Shown here in pieces: positions 49,445 to 60,044 of a stretch of 64,000 nucleotides of DNA; the first letter of the stretch is position 1, and each line of letters begins with the position of its first letter. The stretch is taken from assembly GCA_965140785.1 (NCBI GenBank), contig OZ223497.1:96001-160000 (forward strand), read 5' to 3'. Below the pieces are notes generated by a model. That model searched no databases, was not told the origin of the DNA, and was given only the letters and a program-made list of their open reading frames with translations. This stretch comes from an uncultured Ruficoccus sp. GTDB lineage: Bacteria > Verrucomicrobiota > Verrucomicrobiia > Opitutales > Cerasicoccaceae. The position numbers and the translations under genes are program-made.

Positions 49445-50452
49445 ATGTGTTTTAAAATATGCCTTATCGGGTGCGGCGATTTTGCCGGTCAAGTCCATGG
49501 CTCTGCCCACCTCAGCTACGCCCACAGCCATCCGCGGACGGAGCTTACTGCCTGTTGTGATATCGACGCCGGAAGGGCAAAGAAATTTGCGGCGCGGTTT
49601 GGGTACGCTCGCCACTATTCGGATATGGAGGCGATGATGGATCGGGAAAAGCCGGATGCGGTGGTCGTACTGGTCATGCCACAGGTTACGGCGAAGGTTG
49701 TAGCCGCAGTTCTGTCGCGAGGATTGCCTGTTTTTTTGGAAAAGCCCCCGGGCATGAATCTTAAGGAGATCGACGAGCTGATCGCAATCTCAGCGGCGCA
49801 TATGGCGCCGACGCAGGTTGGATTTAATCGGCGTTATATGCCGCTGATGCAGCGTGCGCGGCAGATCCTTGAGGTAGATTTTGCACCGATACAGCAGGTT
49901 AATTACAACATGATCCGCTATGAGCGCAATGACCCCGATTTTTCCATAACTGCGATTCATGCCATAGATGCCGCAATGTTTTTGGCCGGCAGCCCGTATC
50001 GCCGGATGAGGTTGGATTACGAGGCGCTTGAGGGGTTTGACGTGAGCCGTTGGAACGTCTCGCTACGCGGGGAGTGCGAGTCCGGCGCGTTCGTCAATAT
50101 CCACATCCAGCCAATGGCCGGTTATTTGTCAGAATCCTTTAGCGTACACGGAGTCGGCGTCTCCCTGCTCGGGGAGGTGCTGGGGCCCGGGCTTACGGCG
50201 AATGTTGGGCGACTGGAACATTGGGTGGCCGACAAGCGCATAGGGGAGTATTCCGACACGGGACTCACGAAATCTGTGCGAAGAGGTGTTGACGGGGAGT
50301 TTTCCGCCTTTTGCGATGCCATCCGTTCGGGGAATACACCGACACCTTCGCTGGAGCAGTGTCGACGGCAAGTTTGCCTGATGGAGGCTCTTCGTAACCG
50401 TGAGACCGGAGTGATTGATTTTTCCACGTTGATGCTAAGTACGCCCGGTTGA
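49445..50452 (+). CDS. Gfo/Idh/MocA oxidoreductase
   Basis: LIGCG, FLEKPP, VGFNRRY. Confidence 0.9.
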   Translation: MCFKICLIGCGDFAGQVHGSAHLSYAHSHPRTELTACCDIDAGRAKKFAARFGYARHYSDMEAMMDREKPDAVVVLVMPQVTAKVVAAVLSRGLPVFLEKPPGMNLKEIDELIAISAAHMAPTQVGFNRRYMPLMQRARQILEVDFAPIQQVNYNMIRYERNDPDFSITAIHAIDAAMFLAGSPYRRMRLDYEALEGFDVSRWNVSLRGECESGAFVNIHIQPMAGYLSESFSVHGVGVSLLGEVLGPGLTANVGRLEHWVADKRIGEYSDTGLTKSVRRGVDGEFSAFCDAIRSGNTPTPSLEQCRRQVCLMEALRNRETGVIDFSTLMLSTPG

Positions 50453-50557
50453 TGAAGTCGGCCCTTGTCGGCCTGTTCTCACGAATTTTCTTTACCGGGT
50501 TCTCACTGGTACCTGTTTGAACATTGACTCCTGTTCGTTTCACGAAAACAGTTGCGT

Positions 50558-51592
50558 ATGGAAGAGCGCAGGGTCACGATCCGCGATATCGCCCGTGAGT
50601 GTGGCGTCCATTTTACTACGGTTTCGCGGGCCTTGTCCCGCCACCCGAGTATTCCAGATGCGACCTGCGAGCGCATTCAGAGCAAGGCGACGGAAATGGG
50701 CTATATACCCGATCCGATGCTGTCTGCGATCAGTGCGTACCGCACGAGCATACGCCAGCGAAGTTTTCAGGGAAATATCGCCTGGGTGACCAATTATCCC
50801 GAGGAAAAAGGCTGGGCCCGGCATGAGATATTCAGACTGCATTTCAAAGGTGCCAGACGGCGGGCCGATGAGCTTGGGTATCGCTTGGAGGAGTTCTGGC
50901 TGGGTGACCCATCAATGAGAAGCACGCGGGCGGCTCAGATCCTTCAGACACGAAACATTCGGGGGCTGCTCTTGTGCGCGCAGCCGACCGCGGGGGTGAA
51001 ACTGGACTTTGACTGGTCCCGTTTTTCCTGTGTGACCTTTGGTTATACCTTAGCGTATCCGGCTCTACATACGGTGGCCGGGCATACTTTTCATGCGATG
51101 GTGAAAGTGATCGAACGTGTGCGGAGCCTGGGCTACAAGCGCTTGGGCTTCGCGATATCGTCCGCTGGCGACGAGCGTATTTTCAATATCTGGTCCGGGG
51201 CTTTTTTGACCCAGCAGCAGCATTGGCCCCGGAGTGAACGTGTCCGCATGTATTCACCCAATCAATTAAATGAGAAAGGTTTTCTGGCATGGGTCCAAAA
51301 ATATAAGCCCGATGTTATTCTTGCGCAGGAGCAAGGTTTGATCGGCGTTTTGGAAAAGGCCGGGTTTCTGGTGCCGCAGGACATCGGCTTTGCCACACCT
51401 TCTTTAATTACGGACCCGCGGAAGCCCAGCGGGATCGATGAGAACCCGCAACAGATGGGGGCAGCGGCCGTCAACATGCTGGTTGGCATGCTCCAGCGAA
51501 ACGAAATGGACATACCTGAAAATGCATATTGCCTGCTGGTGAAAGGGACCTGGTGCCCCGGTTCAACTTTGCGGAATAAAGCCCAGGACTAG
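50558..51592 (+). CDS. LacI-family regulator
   Basis: VTIRDIARECGVHFTTVSRAL; GYIPDPMLSAI. Confidence 0.9.
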   Translation: MEERRVTIRDIARECGVHFTTVSRALSRHPSIPDATCERIQSKATEMGYIPDPMLSAISAYRTSIRQRSFQGNIAWVTNYPEEKGWARHEIFRLHFKGARRRADELGYRLEEFWLGDPSMRSTRAAQILQTRNIRGLLLCAQPTAGVKLDFDWSRFSCVTFGYTLAYPALHTVAGHTFHAMVKVIERVRSLGYKRLGFAISSAGDERIFNIWSGAFLTQQQHWPRSERVRMYSPNQLNEKGFLAWVQKYKPDVILAQEQGLIGVLEKAGFLVPQDIGFATPSLITDPRKPSGIDENPQQMGAAAVNMLVGMLQRNEMDIPENAYCLLVKGTWCPGSTLRNKAQD

Positions 51593-51748
51593 AGCGGGAA
51601 ATGCGGACATGTCTTCCGCCTCGTGCTCGCTGAACAGCGACGGCGAATCTCATCAAGACGGAGAATGCTACAGTTATCGCGATGAATCCCTTGCCGGGAA
51701 ATGGCTGATCGTGATGATTGGAACCATCATGATGAGTCAATCTTCGGA

Positions 51749-52578
51749 AATGACGATCCGCGAGCTGCCCGGTCGCTGCTGTTTTTCCACACTGGGGTGC
51801 CCCCGAATCCTCTTTGGACGAAGCTCTCGTCTTAGCCGAAAATTGGGGCTTCGAGGGCGTTGAGCTGCGCGCCCTGGATGGCTCGATCGATTTAGTGGAA
51901 GCCCTGAGCCGGAGATATGGTGAGCCGCGAGAGTTGGCCGAGGCCATGCAGGGGAGGGCGATTCGCATTGCTGCGCTGGATGCTTCGCTGCATGTGCGTA
52001 ATCCGAAGCCGGAAGACCGCGAGGAACTACTGGCATTGGCTGGCTGGGCGGATGCATTGGGTGTTGAGCGTCTGCGTGTCTTTGATGGCGGACGGAACGA
52101 AACCACGCTGAGCACGGAAGCGCGCGATGATATGTTGAGCACGCTCGATTGGTGGCAACGGGAGCGTCAGAAGCTCGGGTTTCGTTGCGACCTGATGATC
52201 GAGACTCATTGGATATTAACGAATCCCGAGTACTGTCTTGAGCTGGTCAGGGCGGCATCCATGCCCGTGGCTATCCTGTGGGACAGTTTTCATACGTGGG
52301 CGCATGCTCCCGTCTCGCTGGAAGATACTTGGGCAATGCTGAATCCGTATATTTGCCATATTCATTTTCGGGATGGTTACCGGGATGAAAGTAAACCGGA
52401 AGGGGCGACCTATACCCTCCCGGGGCAAGGGGACTATCCGCTCGAAGCGCTTTTCACCCTTTTGAAGAAGGGCGGCTACGCCAACTGGTTTTCGCTGGAG
52501 TGGGAGTGGCTGTGGCACCCAGAGCTACCGTCACTGGAGGAGGCACTCGTTACGGGCCGTCAGCGCGGGCTGTGGTGA
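51749..52578 (+). CDS. Sugar phosphate isomerase/epimerase (TIM barrel), apparent frameshift at 51800-51804
   Basis: FSTLGCP in one frame; GVELR, IETH, LWD..H, HFRD, SLEWE in the next; start uncertain. Confidence 0.8.
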
Positions 52579-52582
52579 GCCA

Positions 52583-53342
52583 TTAGGATGACGCTGCACG
52601 GGCGGCGTCGCAGACGGCCGCTGCGTAGGCTGGCTCGAAGTCCGCGGGTGCGATATTCGTCGTGGGCGCGAAGATGCCGACCCGCCGCAATCACTTCGCG
52701 GTCCTCGTTGAAAACAGGCGCGGCCATGCCCAGTAAGCCCGGCCCGTACTCCTCCTTGTTCAAGGCATAACCACGCTCACGGATCACCGCCAATTCCTTA
52801 CGCAGGGCCTTGCTGCCTGTGATCGTTTTGTCCGTGTAGGTTTTCAGTCTGCGCTTGAGCGCCTGCTCCCCGCCTTCACCCCAGGAGAGAAAGACCTTGC
52901 CGGGGGCGGTGGCGTGCAGGTCATAGCTGACCCCGATCTCGCCCGTCACGGAGATAGGCTTTGTCCCCTTGACCACATGGATCATGAGCGCCTTGTTCTC
53001 ATGGGGCACGCACAGATAGGTCGATTCCCCCGTTTTCCGGTTCAGTTCCTTGAGGGCAGGGAGCGCCTGATCCAGCAGCGTAGTACGGTTACGGCTCCCG
53101 GCGAAAAACTGAAACGGTGCCAGCGTCAATTCGTACACCGGACTGGCCGCGTGCTGATCAACCCAGCCCAAGTCGGTCAGCGTCTCAAGGATGCGCAGGC
53201 ACATGTTTTTGGAAACATCAGCGCGTCGGGCGATCTCGCTCACCCCTAGGGGCTCGCTACTGTCCTTGATCACGCCGAGGACAGCGATGCTCTTACGCAA
53301 TGCCGTCACGTTGTATTCCTGCACGCTCTTCTTCGTCGCCAT
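52583..53342 (-). CDS. IclR-family regulator, apparent frameshift at ~52682
   Basis: GVSEIARRADVSKN, HATAPGK, RERGYA, MAAPVF; removing one base restores VGIFAP...ASS*. Confidence 0.85.
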
Positions 53343-53491
53343 GCCGTATTCATCCCACCGGCTTCCGTTTTATTCAATACATTTTGACGCGAAAAGGAAT
53401 GCTTAGGTAAGTGATTGTTGTTTTATATTTATATATTTGTTTGACATGTAAAACAATTGGGGCCAATAAACGCCCAACAAAACGAAACCCG

Positions 53492-54554
53492 ATGAGCACC
53501 CTAACCCCCGAAAAACTTAAGCTCCTGCGCCAGGGCTGCGTCATCCCCGCAGTCCCCCTGGCCCTGGATAATCAACGGAAATTTGACGCCGCCTCCCAGC
53601 AAAGACTGATGCGCTACTATGTGGATGCTGGGGCGGGCGGCGTGGCCGTGGGCATGCACTTTACGCAGTTCGAGATCCGCAACCCCGGCATAGACCTTTT
53701 CGAGCCCGTGCTGGCCGCCTGTGCCGAAGCCGCCGATCAGCAGGCTGCCAAGGACCGGACGCCCGATCCTGAAAATCGCGGGCATCAACGGCGGTACCGC
53801 GTCCGCCGTCAAGCAGGCCGAGATCGCCGCCGGGCTCGGGTACGACTTTGCCATCCCCTCCATGATGGCCCTCAAAGGAGCGCTCGACGAGGACATGCTT
53901 TACCACATGCGCAAGATCGCCGAGGTCATGCCGCTGTTTGGCTTTTACCTGCTCACGGGTGTGGGCGGCATCCACCTGCCGTACCGCTTCTGGCGCGGGT
54001 GATGGAGCTGGACAACATTTACGGCATCAAGATCGCGCCGTTCAACCGGTACTTCACGCTGGACGTCACCCGGGCGCTGGCCGAGTCGGGGCGCATGGAC
54101 GACATCACGCTCTACACCGGTAACGACGACAGCATCATCTACGACTTGGTCACCCCGCACCGTTACAAGGTCGGTGACGAGTTGCGCACCGTCCGCATCG
54201 TCGGCGGCCTTCTCGGACAGTGGGGATGCTGGACGAAGAAAGCGGTCGAGTTGCTGGAGACCTGTCAGGCCGTCGCCGCCGGCAAGCAGCCGATCACGCC
54301 CGAGCTGCTGACGCTTTCCGCCGAGATCACCGACGCCAACGCCGCGCTCTTCGACCCCGGTAACGGCTTCGCGGGTAGCATCCCCGGTGTCAACGAGGTG
54401 CTGCGCCGCCAGGGACTGATGCAGAACGCCCTCACCCTGAAGCCCAACGAGGTGTTGTCCCCGGGGCAGACCACTGAGATCGACCGCGTCCTGACCGCCT
54501 ACCCACAACCTGCAGGACGACGACTTTATCCGCGCCAACCTCAAGAACTGGTAG
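53492..54554 (+). CDS. DHDPS/NAL-family aldolase-like protein, three apparent frameshifts
   Basis: VIPAVPLAL, GVAVGMHFTQF, FGFYL, IKIAPFNRY, LYTGNDD; indels at ~53752, ~53996 and ~54507. Confidence 0.8.
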
Positions 54555-54560
54555 TCTTTT

Positions 54561-55616
54561 ATGAATACAACGATGGATGTTTTGGACCCCACGGCTTTGC
54601 CGGAATACATAACCACCGAGGAGCAGCTCGAAGACCTGCTCTCGACCCCCGACCAGGGCCTGATCGACGACTTCGCGAAGCTCGAAGGCGACATCATGGT
54701 GCTCGGCGTCGGCGGTAAAGTCGGCCCCACGCTTGCCCGCATGGCCAAGCGTGCCGCCCCGCATAAACGTGTCATCGGCGTGGCCCGCTTCTCCGACCCG
54801 GAGGTCAAGCAACGCCTCGAGAGCTGGGGCGTGGAAACGCACTCCGCCAATCTCCTCGACCTCGATTCGGTCAAAGCTCTGCCCAAGGTAAAGAACATTG
54901 TCTTTATGGCGGGGAAGAAGTTCGGCACCGTCGGCGACGAGCCCTACACCTGGGCCATGAACGCCGTGGCTCCGGCCCTGCTCGGCGAAACCCTGCACGA
55001 GAACCGCTTCGTCGCCTTTTCGACCCTGTGCGTTTATCCCTTTTCCAATCTCAACGGCCCCGGCAGCCAGCCCGACAAGGACCGGCCCACACCGCTGGGC
55101 GAGTACGCCAACTCCTGCGTCGCCCGCGAGCGCGTGTTCCAGTACTACTCGGAGCGCAGCAACAGCCCCGGCCGCTTAGCCCGGCTCAACTACGCCATCG
55201 ACCTGCGCTACGGCGCGATCCACGACATCGGTCTGTGGGTTTATAATCGCCAGCCCATCGACATCCGCACGGCGGTCGCCAACTGCATCTGGCAGGGTGA
55301 GTCCACCAGTCACATTTTGCGCTGCCTGTGTCATGGCACGATCCCGGCGACGGCCATTAACATCGGTAAGGAACGACCGGCCGTCGTCCGGGAGGTCGCC
55401 AACAAGTTCGGCGAAATCTTCGGCATCGAGCCCATCTTCGAGGGCGAGGAAACGGACACCGCCTGGTACAACGACACCTCCGAGGCCATCGGCCTGTTTG
55501 GCCCCACCCAGATCGACATCGACACCATGATCCGCTGGAACGCCTGGTGGCTGCAAAACGGCGGCGTCCTTCACAACAAGCCCACGCACTACGAAGAACG
55601 TGCGGGCTCATTTTAA
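54561..55616 (+). CDS. NAD-dependent epimerase/dehydratase
   Basis: LGVGGKVGP, MAGKKFG, GEYANSC, RLNYAIDLRYG. Confidence 0.85.
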   Translation: MNTTMDVLDPTALPEYITTEEQLEDLLSTPDQGLIDDFAKLEGDIMVLGVGGKVGPTLARMAKRAAPHKRVIGVARFSDPEVKQRLESWGVETHSANLLDLDSVKALPKVKNIVFMAGKKFGTVGDEPYTWAMNAVAPALLGETLHENRFVAFSTLCVYPFSNLNGPGSQPDKDRPTPLGEYANSCVARERVFQYYSERSNSPGRLARLNYAIDLRYGAIHDIGLWVYNRQPIDIRTAVANCIWQGESTSHILRCLCHGTIPATAINIGKERPAVVREVANKFGEIFGIEPIFEGEETDTAWYNDTSEAIGLFGPTQIDIDTMIRWNAWWLQNGGVLHNKPTHYEERAGSF

Positions 55617-55635
55617 TCCTGACTCAAAACACCGC

Positions 55636-57133
55636 ATGTCCTCACCCGACACTTTCCACCGAGATACTCACCCTTCAAAACCTGATCGGCGGCCAGCTCG
55701 TCGAGAGCACCGGCAGCGACTTCAGCGCGGTCAACAACCCCTCGCACGGGGTTCAGATCGCGCGGACACCGCACTCGACGGCGTCCGATGTCGATCAGGC
55801 TGTGGCCGCCGCCAAGGAAGCGTTCCCGGTCTGGAAAGCGACGTCGGTTCTTAAGCGTGCCTCCGTCATGTTCCGCTATAAGGAACTGCTGGAGCAGCAT
55901 TTCAACGAGCTGGTCACGCTCGTCACCCGTGAAAACGGTAAGACCATCCCCGAGTCGCAGGGGGACGTCCGCCGCGGGATCGAGGTCGTCGAGCTGGCCA
56001 GTGGTATTGCCAACCTTCTCAAGGGGGGACGCCTGCCCAATATCGCGGGCAGTATCGACGGCGAAACCAGCCGCGAGGCCATCGGTGTCTGCGCCGGGAT
56101 CACGCCGTTCAACTTCCCCGCCATGGTGCCGATGTGGATGTTCCCGGTCGCCATCGCCTGCGGCAACACCTTCGTTCTCAAACCCAGCGAAAAGACCCCG
56201 CTGACCGCCATGCGTCTGGCCGAGCTGGCCAGCGAAGCCGGGCTGCCGGACGGTGTGCTCAATGTGGTCAACGGCGCGCAGGAAGCCGTCGAGCGCCTCT
56301 GTACCCACCCGGACATCGCGGCGGTGAGTTTCGTCGGCTCGACCAAGGTAGCTGAGATTGTTTACCGCACAGCCAGCCATGCCGGCAAGCGTGTGCAGTC
56401 TGCTGGGGGCGCGAAAAACGCCATGGTCGTCATGCCTGACGCCGACCTCGACTCCACCGTTCGCGCGATCATCGGGGCGGCCTACGGCTGCGCCGGGCAG
56501 CGCTGCATGGCGGGCTCGACCGTCCTGGCGGTGGGTCCTATCGCCGCCGAGTTGGTTGCCCGCCTCAAGACCGCCATTGACGCCATTACGCTTCAACCCA
56601 CTGACGAGCATACCGATGCCGGGATGGGCGCTGTGATCGACGCAGCCGCCCGCGAACGCCTACTCAAGACCATTGATCAGATCGAGGCCGATGGCCTTGC
56701 CCTGGTGGCCGACGGGCGCAAAAATCTCCCCGCGGACGGTTACTTCGTCGGCCCGACACTTGTCGATGGCGTCACCGTCGAGCAGGACATTGCCCAAACC
56801 GAGCTTTTCGGACCGGTTCTGACCTTGGGCCGGGTACACTCGCTGCCGGAGGCCATCGACTGGGCCAACAGCACCGGCTACGGCAACGGCGCGGTCATCT
56901 TCACCAAGGACGGCGGCTCCGCCCGCTATTTCAAGGAGCATGTCCAGTGCGGCATGATCGGTGTCAACGTCGGCGTCCCCGCGCCCATGGCAGCTTTTTC
57001 CTTCTCCGGCTGGAACCGCTCCTTCTTCGGAGACCTGCACGTGCAGGGCGAAGAAGGCATGTACTTCTACACCCGCCAGCAGGTCAGCTTCACGCGTTGG
57101 GACGACGAGTACGTACGTACCCAGGGCTGGTAA
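55636..57133 (+). CDS. mmsA: CoA-acylating (methyl)malonate-semialdehyde dehydrogenase, apparent frameshift just after the ATG
   Basis: ITPFNFPAMVPMW, KPSEK, FVGST, GCAGQRCMA, ELFGP, GVNVGVPAP; extra C at 55645-55647. Confidence 0.88.
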
Positions 57134-57153
57134 CCCTTACCCCCGGTTCCCCC

Positions 57154-58321
57154 ATGTCCCAGATCCATCGTTTCGACTCGGCCAGCGCCATCCTCCACGG
57201 GGGTGGCGCTCGCCATCAAGTAGGCTCCTTGGCCAAAGAACTCGGAGGCTGCCGCGCTCTCATCGTGACCGATCCCGGCGTTATCGCGCTCGGCTTTGCC
57301 AATGAGGTCGCCGACTCGCTCAAACAAGCGGGCGTGGCCTCGGCCATTTTTTCCGAGGTTCAGGCCGACCCGACCAGGCAGAACGTGATGGATGGCTTTG
57401 ATGCCCTGAAGGAACATGGCTGCGACCTGGTCGTCGCGCTCGGGGGCGGCTCCCCCCATCGACACCGCCAAGGTCATTTCCATCCTTCCGAGCAACGATA
57501 CGGATATCGCGAACTTCGCGGGGCTGCATAAAATCGCCAACAGCGGATTGCCACTCATTGCCATCCCGACCACGGCTGGCACGGGAAGCGAGTTGACCAA
57601 GGTCGCCGTCATCACCGACACCGAGCGGGACGTCAAGATGATGATGCTCAGCGCACCGCTCCAGCCGCGAGCCGCGATCCAGGACTTTGAACTGACTCTG
57701 ACCATGCCCCCGGCCCTGACGGCCGCCGTCGGCGTGGACACCTTTACCCACGGGCTGGAGGCGTACGTCTCCCGCAAGGCCAATGCCATGAGTGATCCGC
57801 TGGCTCTGTCCTGTGTCGGCCTGGTTGGCAAATACCTGCGCCGCGCCTACACCGATCCCGCCGACCGTGAAGCCCGCGAGGCCATGATGGTTGCCTCCGG
57901 ACAGGGTGGTATAGCTTTTTCCAACAGCAGCGTCTGCCTTGTTCACGGCATGAGCCGTCCCATCGGCGCAGTCTTCCATGTGCCGCACGGCCTCTCCAAT
58001 GCCATGCTCTTGCCCGCAGTGACACGCTTTTCCACCTCGGGGGCTCCGGGGCGCTATGCCGAGGTCGCCCGCGTACTTGGGATAGCCGAGCGCGACCAGG
58101 ATGACGGCTATGCCTGCGATGCGCTCTGCGACTGGCTTGAAGCCTTGAACAACGACTTAAAGATCATGCGCCTGTCCGAATGGCGCGACGCCTCCGCCGA
58201 AAAATTTCATCAGCTCAAGGCCAAGATGGCACAGGACGCCCTCGATTCGGGCTCACCCGCCAACAATCCAAAGGTCCCCACAGCGGAGGAAATCGAAGAC
58301 CTTTACGAAAAAGTCTGGTAA
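57154..58321 (+). CDS. Iron-containing alcohol dehydrogenase, apparent frameshift at 57452-57457
   Basis: ALGGGSP|IDTAK, IPTTAGTGSE, DTFTHGLE, VHGMS, PHGLSN. Confidence 0.88.
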
Positions 58322-58361
58322 AGCCCCGGGCCACCGGCACAGGTTTTATGGCGAAACAAGC

Positions 58362-59255
58362 ATGAATAAGAATTACGTTTCCCTGTCCATCGTTCCGGCA
58401 TCCGACTTTCACCTTGATGGTGGCGCTATGTTCGGCATTGTGCCGAAGCCCCTTTGGGAGAAGACGCATTCCACGGATGCGCTGAACCGTATCAGGCTGA
58501 CCACGACGAGCCTGCTCTGGCGTCGGCAGGAGCGGTGGGTGCTGATCGATCCCGGAATCGGATCTGCCTGGGATGAGACTTTCCTGGGCCGCTATGGAGT
58601 CCGTGTGAAAGACGGTGAGTTTCTCCAGGCGCTCGAGTGGGAGGGGCTGTCATGTGATGCCATTACCGATGTATTTCTGACGCATCTGCACTTCGATCAT
58701 GTGGGCGGCTGCTTTTATCGGGATGAAGCGGGCGAGCTCAGGCTGCGTTTCCCGAACGCGGTGCATCATGTTTCCCGGCGTCAATGGAAATGGGCGAACG
58801 AACCGAGCGCCAAAGATCAAGCCAGCTACATCAAAGACCATCTGGACCTGCTGGCCTCATCGCAATGCATGCAGTTGCATGAAGGGGAATGGTCGCTGCT
58901 GCCCGGATTCGATGCTTTCGAGGTGGATGGTCATACCCGTGGCCAGCAGCTTTGCCGCATCCGTATGGGAGGTCGGACTTGGGTGTATGGCGGAGACTTG
59001 TTCGCGCTGGCCGATCACTTGAGGCTCGCCTGGGTGATGGCCTATGACATTGAACCGCTGAAGACGCTGACGGCAAAAGAAACGGTGCTGAAGGAGCATC
59101 TGTCCGCAGGTGAATGGCTCATCCTTGGACACGATGTCAACGTTGTGGCAGGGCAGATCAAGCACACGGGGCGACATCCCGAACTTGTCAACCGGATTAC
59201 ATCGACAGCTAGTCCTCAGTTGCTGGAATCCGGGGTCATTGAAGACGCTTTTTAG
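58362..59255 (+). CDS. MBL-fold metallo-hydrolase (YtnP-like)
   Basis: LDGGAMFGIVPKPLW, THLHFDHVGG, GHTRGQQ, WVMAYD. Confidence 0.88.
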   Translation: MNKNYVSLSIVPASDFHLDGGAMFGIVPKPLWEKTHSTDALNRIRLTTTSLLWRRQERWVLIDPGIGSAWDETFLGRYGVRVKDGEFLQALEWEGLSCDAITDVFLTHLHFDHVGGCFYRDEAGELRLRFPNAVHHVSRRQWKWANEPSAKDQASYIKDHLDLLASSQCMQLHEGEWSLLPGFDAFEVDGHTRGQQLCRIRMGGRTWVYGGDLFALADHLRLAWVMAYDIEPLKTLTAKETVLKEHLSAGEWLILGHDVNVVAGQIKHTGRHPELVNRITSTASPQLLESGVIEDAF

Positions 59256-59339
59256 ACTCAGGCCCGGGGCGTTGCGCAACAGTTATCGCCAAGCTTCAAT
59301 TGCAGTTTCTCCCTCATCGGCCAAGATGAGATCCATACA

Positions 59340-59975
59340 ATGCCCCGTTACCCCAAAGGCTTCAGCTTAATAGAATTACTGACTGTGATCGCCGTTATCG
59401 CTGTTTTGTCCGGCTTGGTGCTAGTTGGCCTGAGTAAGATACGACAGCGTAGTGACCGCATCGCGACAGCGGCGAGTTTACGTTCGGTCGGGGTCGCGAT
59501 ACAGTGTTACGTCAGCGAGCAGAGGGGGGAATTGCCGGGGCCTCTTTATTATTCCCAAGGGCCACGCTATAAGAAGAACGTGCTCGGATCTCTGGGCTAC
59601 TACCTCTGGAGCTATCTTGGGAGTCCGGCTCCCACCTCGTCCTGGCAAGTCTGCGAAGCCATTACGAATCCGGGCTATCTCCGGAGCCGTCCCTCGGAAA
59701 CCAGCCCGGTGTATCTCGTCCAGCGAAGCGTACGGCTGCCCGGACAGTCGGGGGTGTCGCCCTTCGGCTATCCCGACCGGGATGACCCGTTGAGGATGAG
59801 TACGTTGACGGAGTTTGATCTGCGCGAGGAGTGGGCTCTGCAGGATCTGGATCAGCAAAGTCCTGACGTGGCTACTTGGGATAAAAGTAATTTCGTCAGT
59901 GAGCCGATCCATGGTGACGTGCGCATGACGCTTTTCTTCGACTGGCATGTCGAGGCCGTTCCTATCGAGAACTGA
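59340..59975 (+). CDS. Prepilin-type N-terminal cleavage/methylation protein with an H-X9-DW motif
   Basis: KG|FSLIELLTVIAVIAVL; HGDVRMTLFFDWHV. Confidence 0.9.
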   Translation: MPRYPKGFSLIELLTVIAVIAVLSGLVLVGLSKIRQRSDRIATAASLRSVGVAIQCYVSEQRGELPGPLYYSQGPRYKKNVLGSLGYYLWSYLGSPAPTSSWQVCEAITNPGYLRSRPSETSPVYLVQRSVRLPGQSGVSPFGYPDRDDPLRMSTLTEFDLREEWALQDLDQQSPDVATWDKSNFVSEPIHGDVRMTLFFDWHVEAVPIEN

Positions 59976-60044
59976 GTTGTCTTTGAATTGGATGGCTCGT
60001 GAATCCCACCGCCCGACGGACTCTTCTGAATACCCTTTTATTCG

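Noticed and set aside
51800..57457. Phase variation or programmed frameshifting
   Set aside because: Runs are only 2-6 nt, heterogeneous and clustered; error is the simpler explanation
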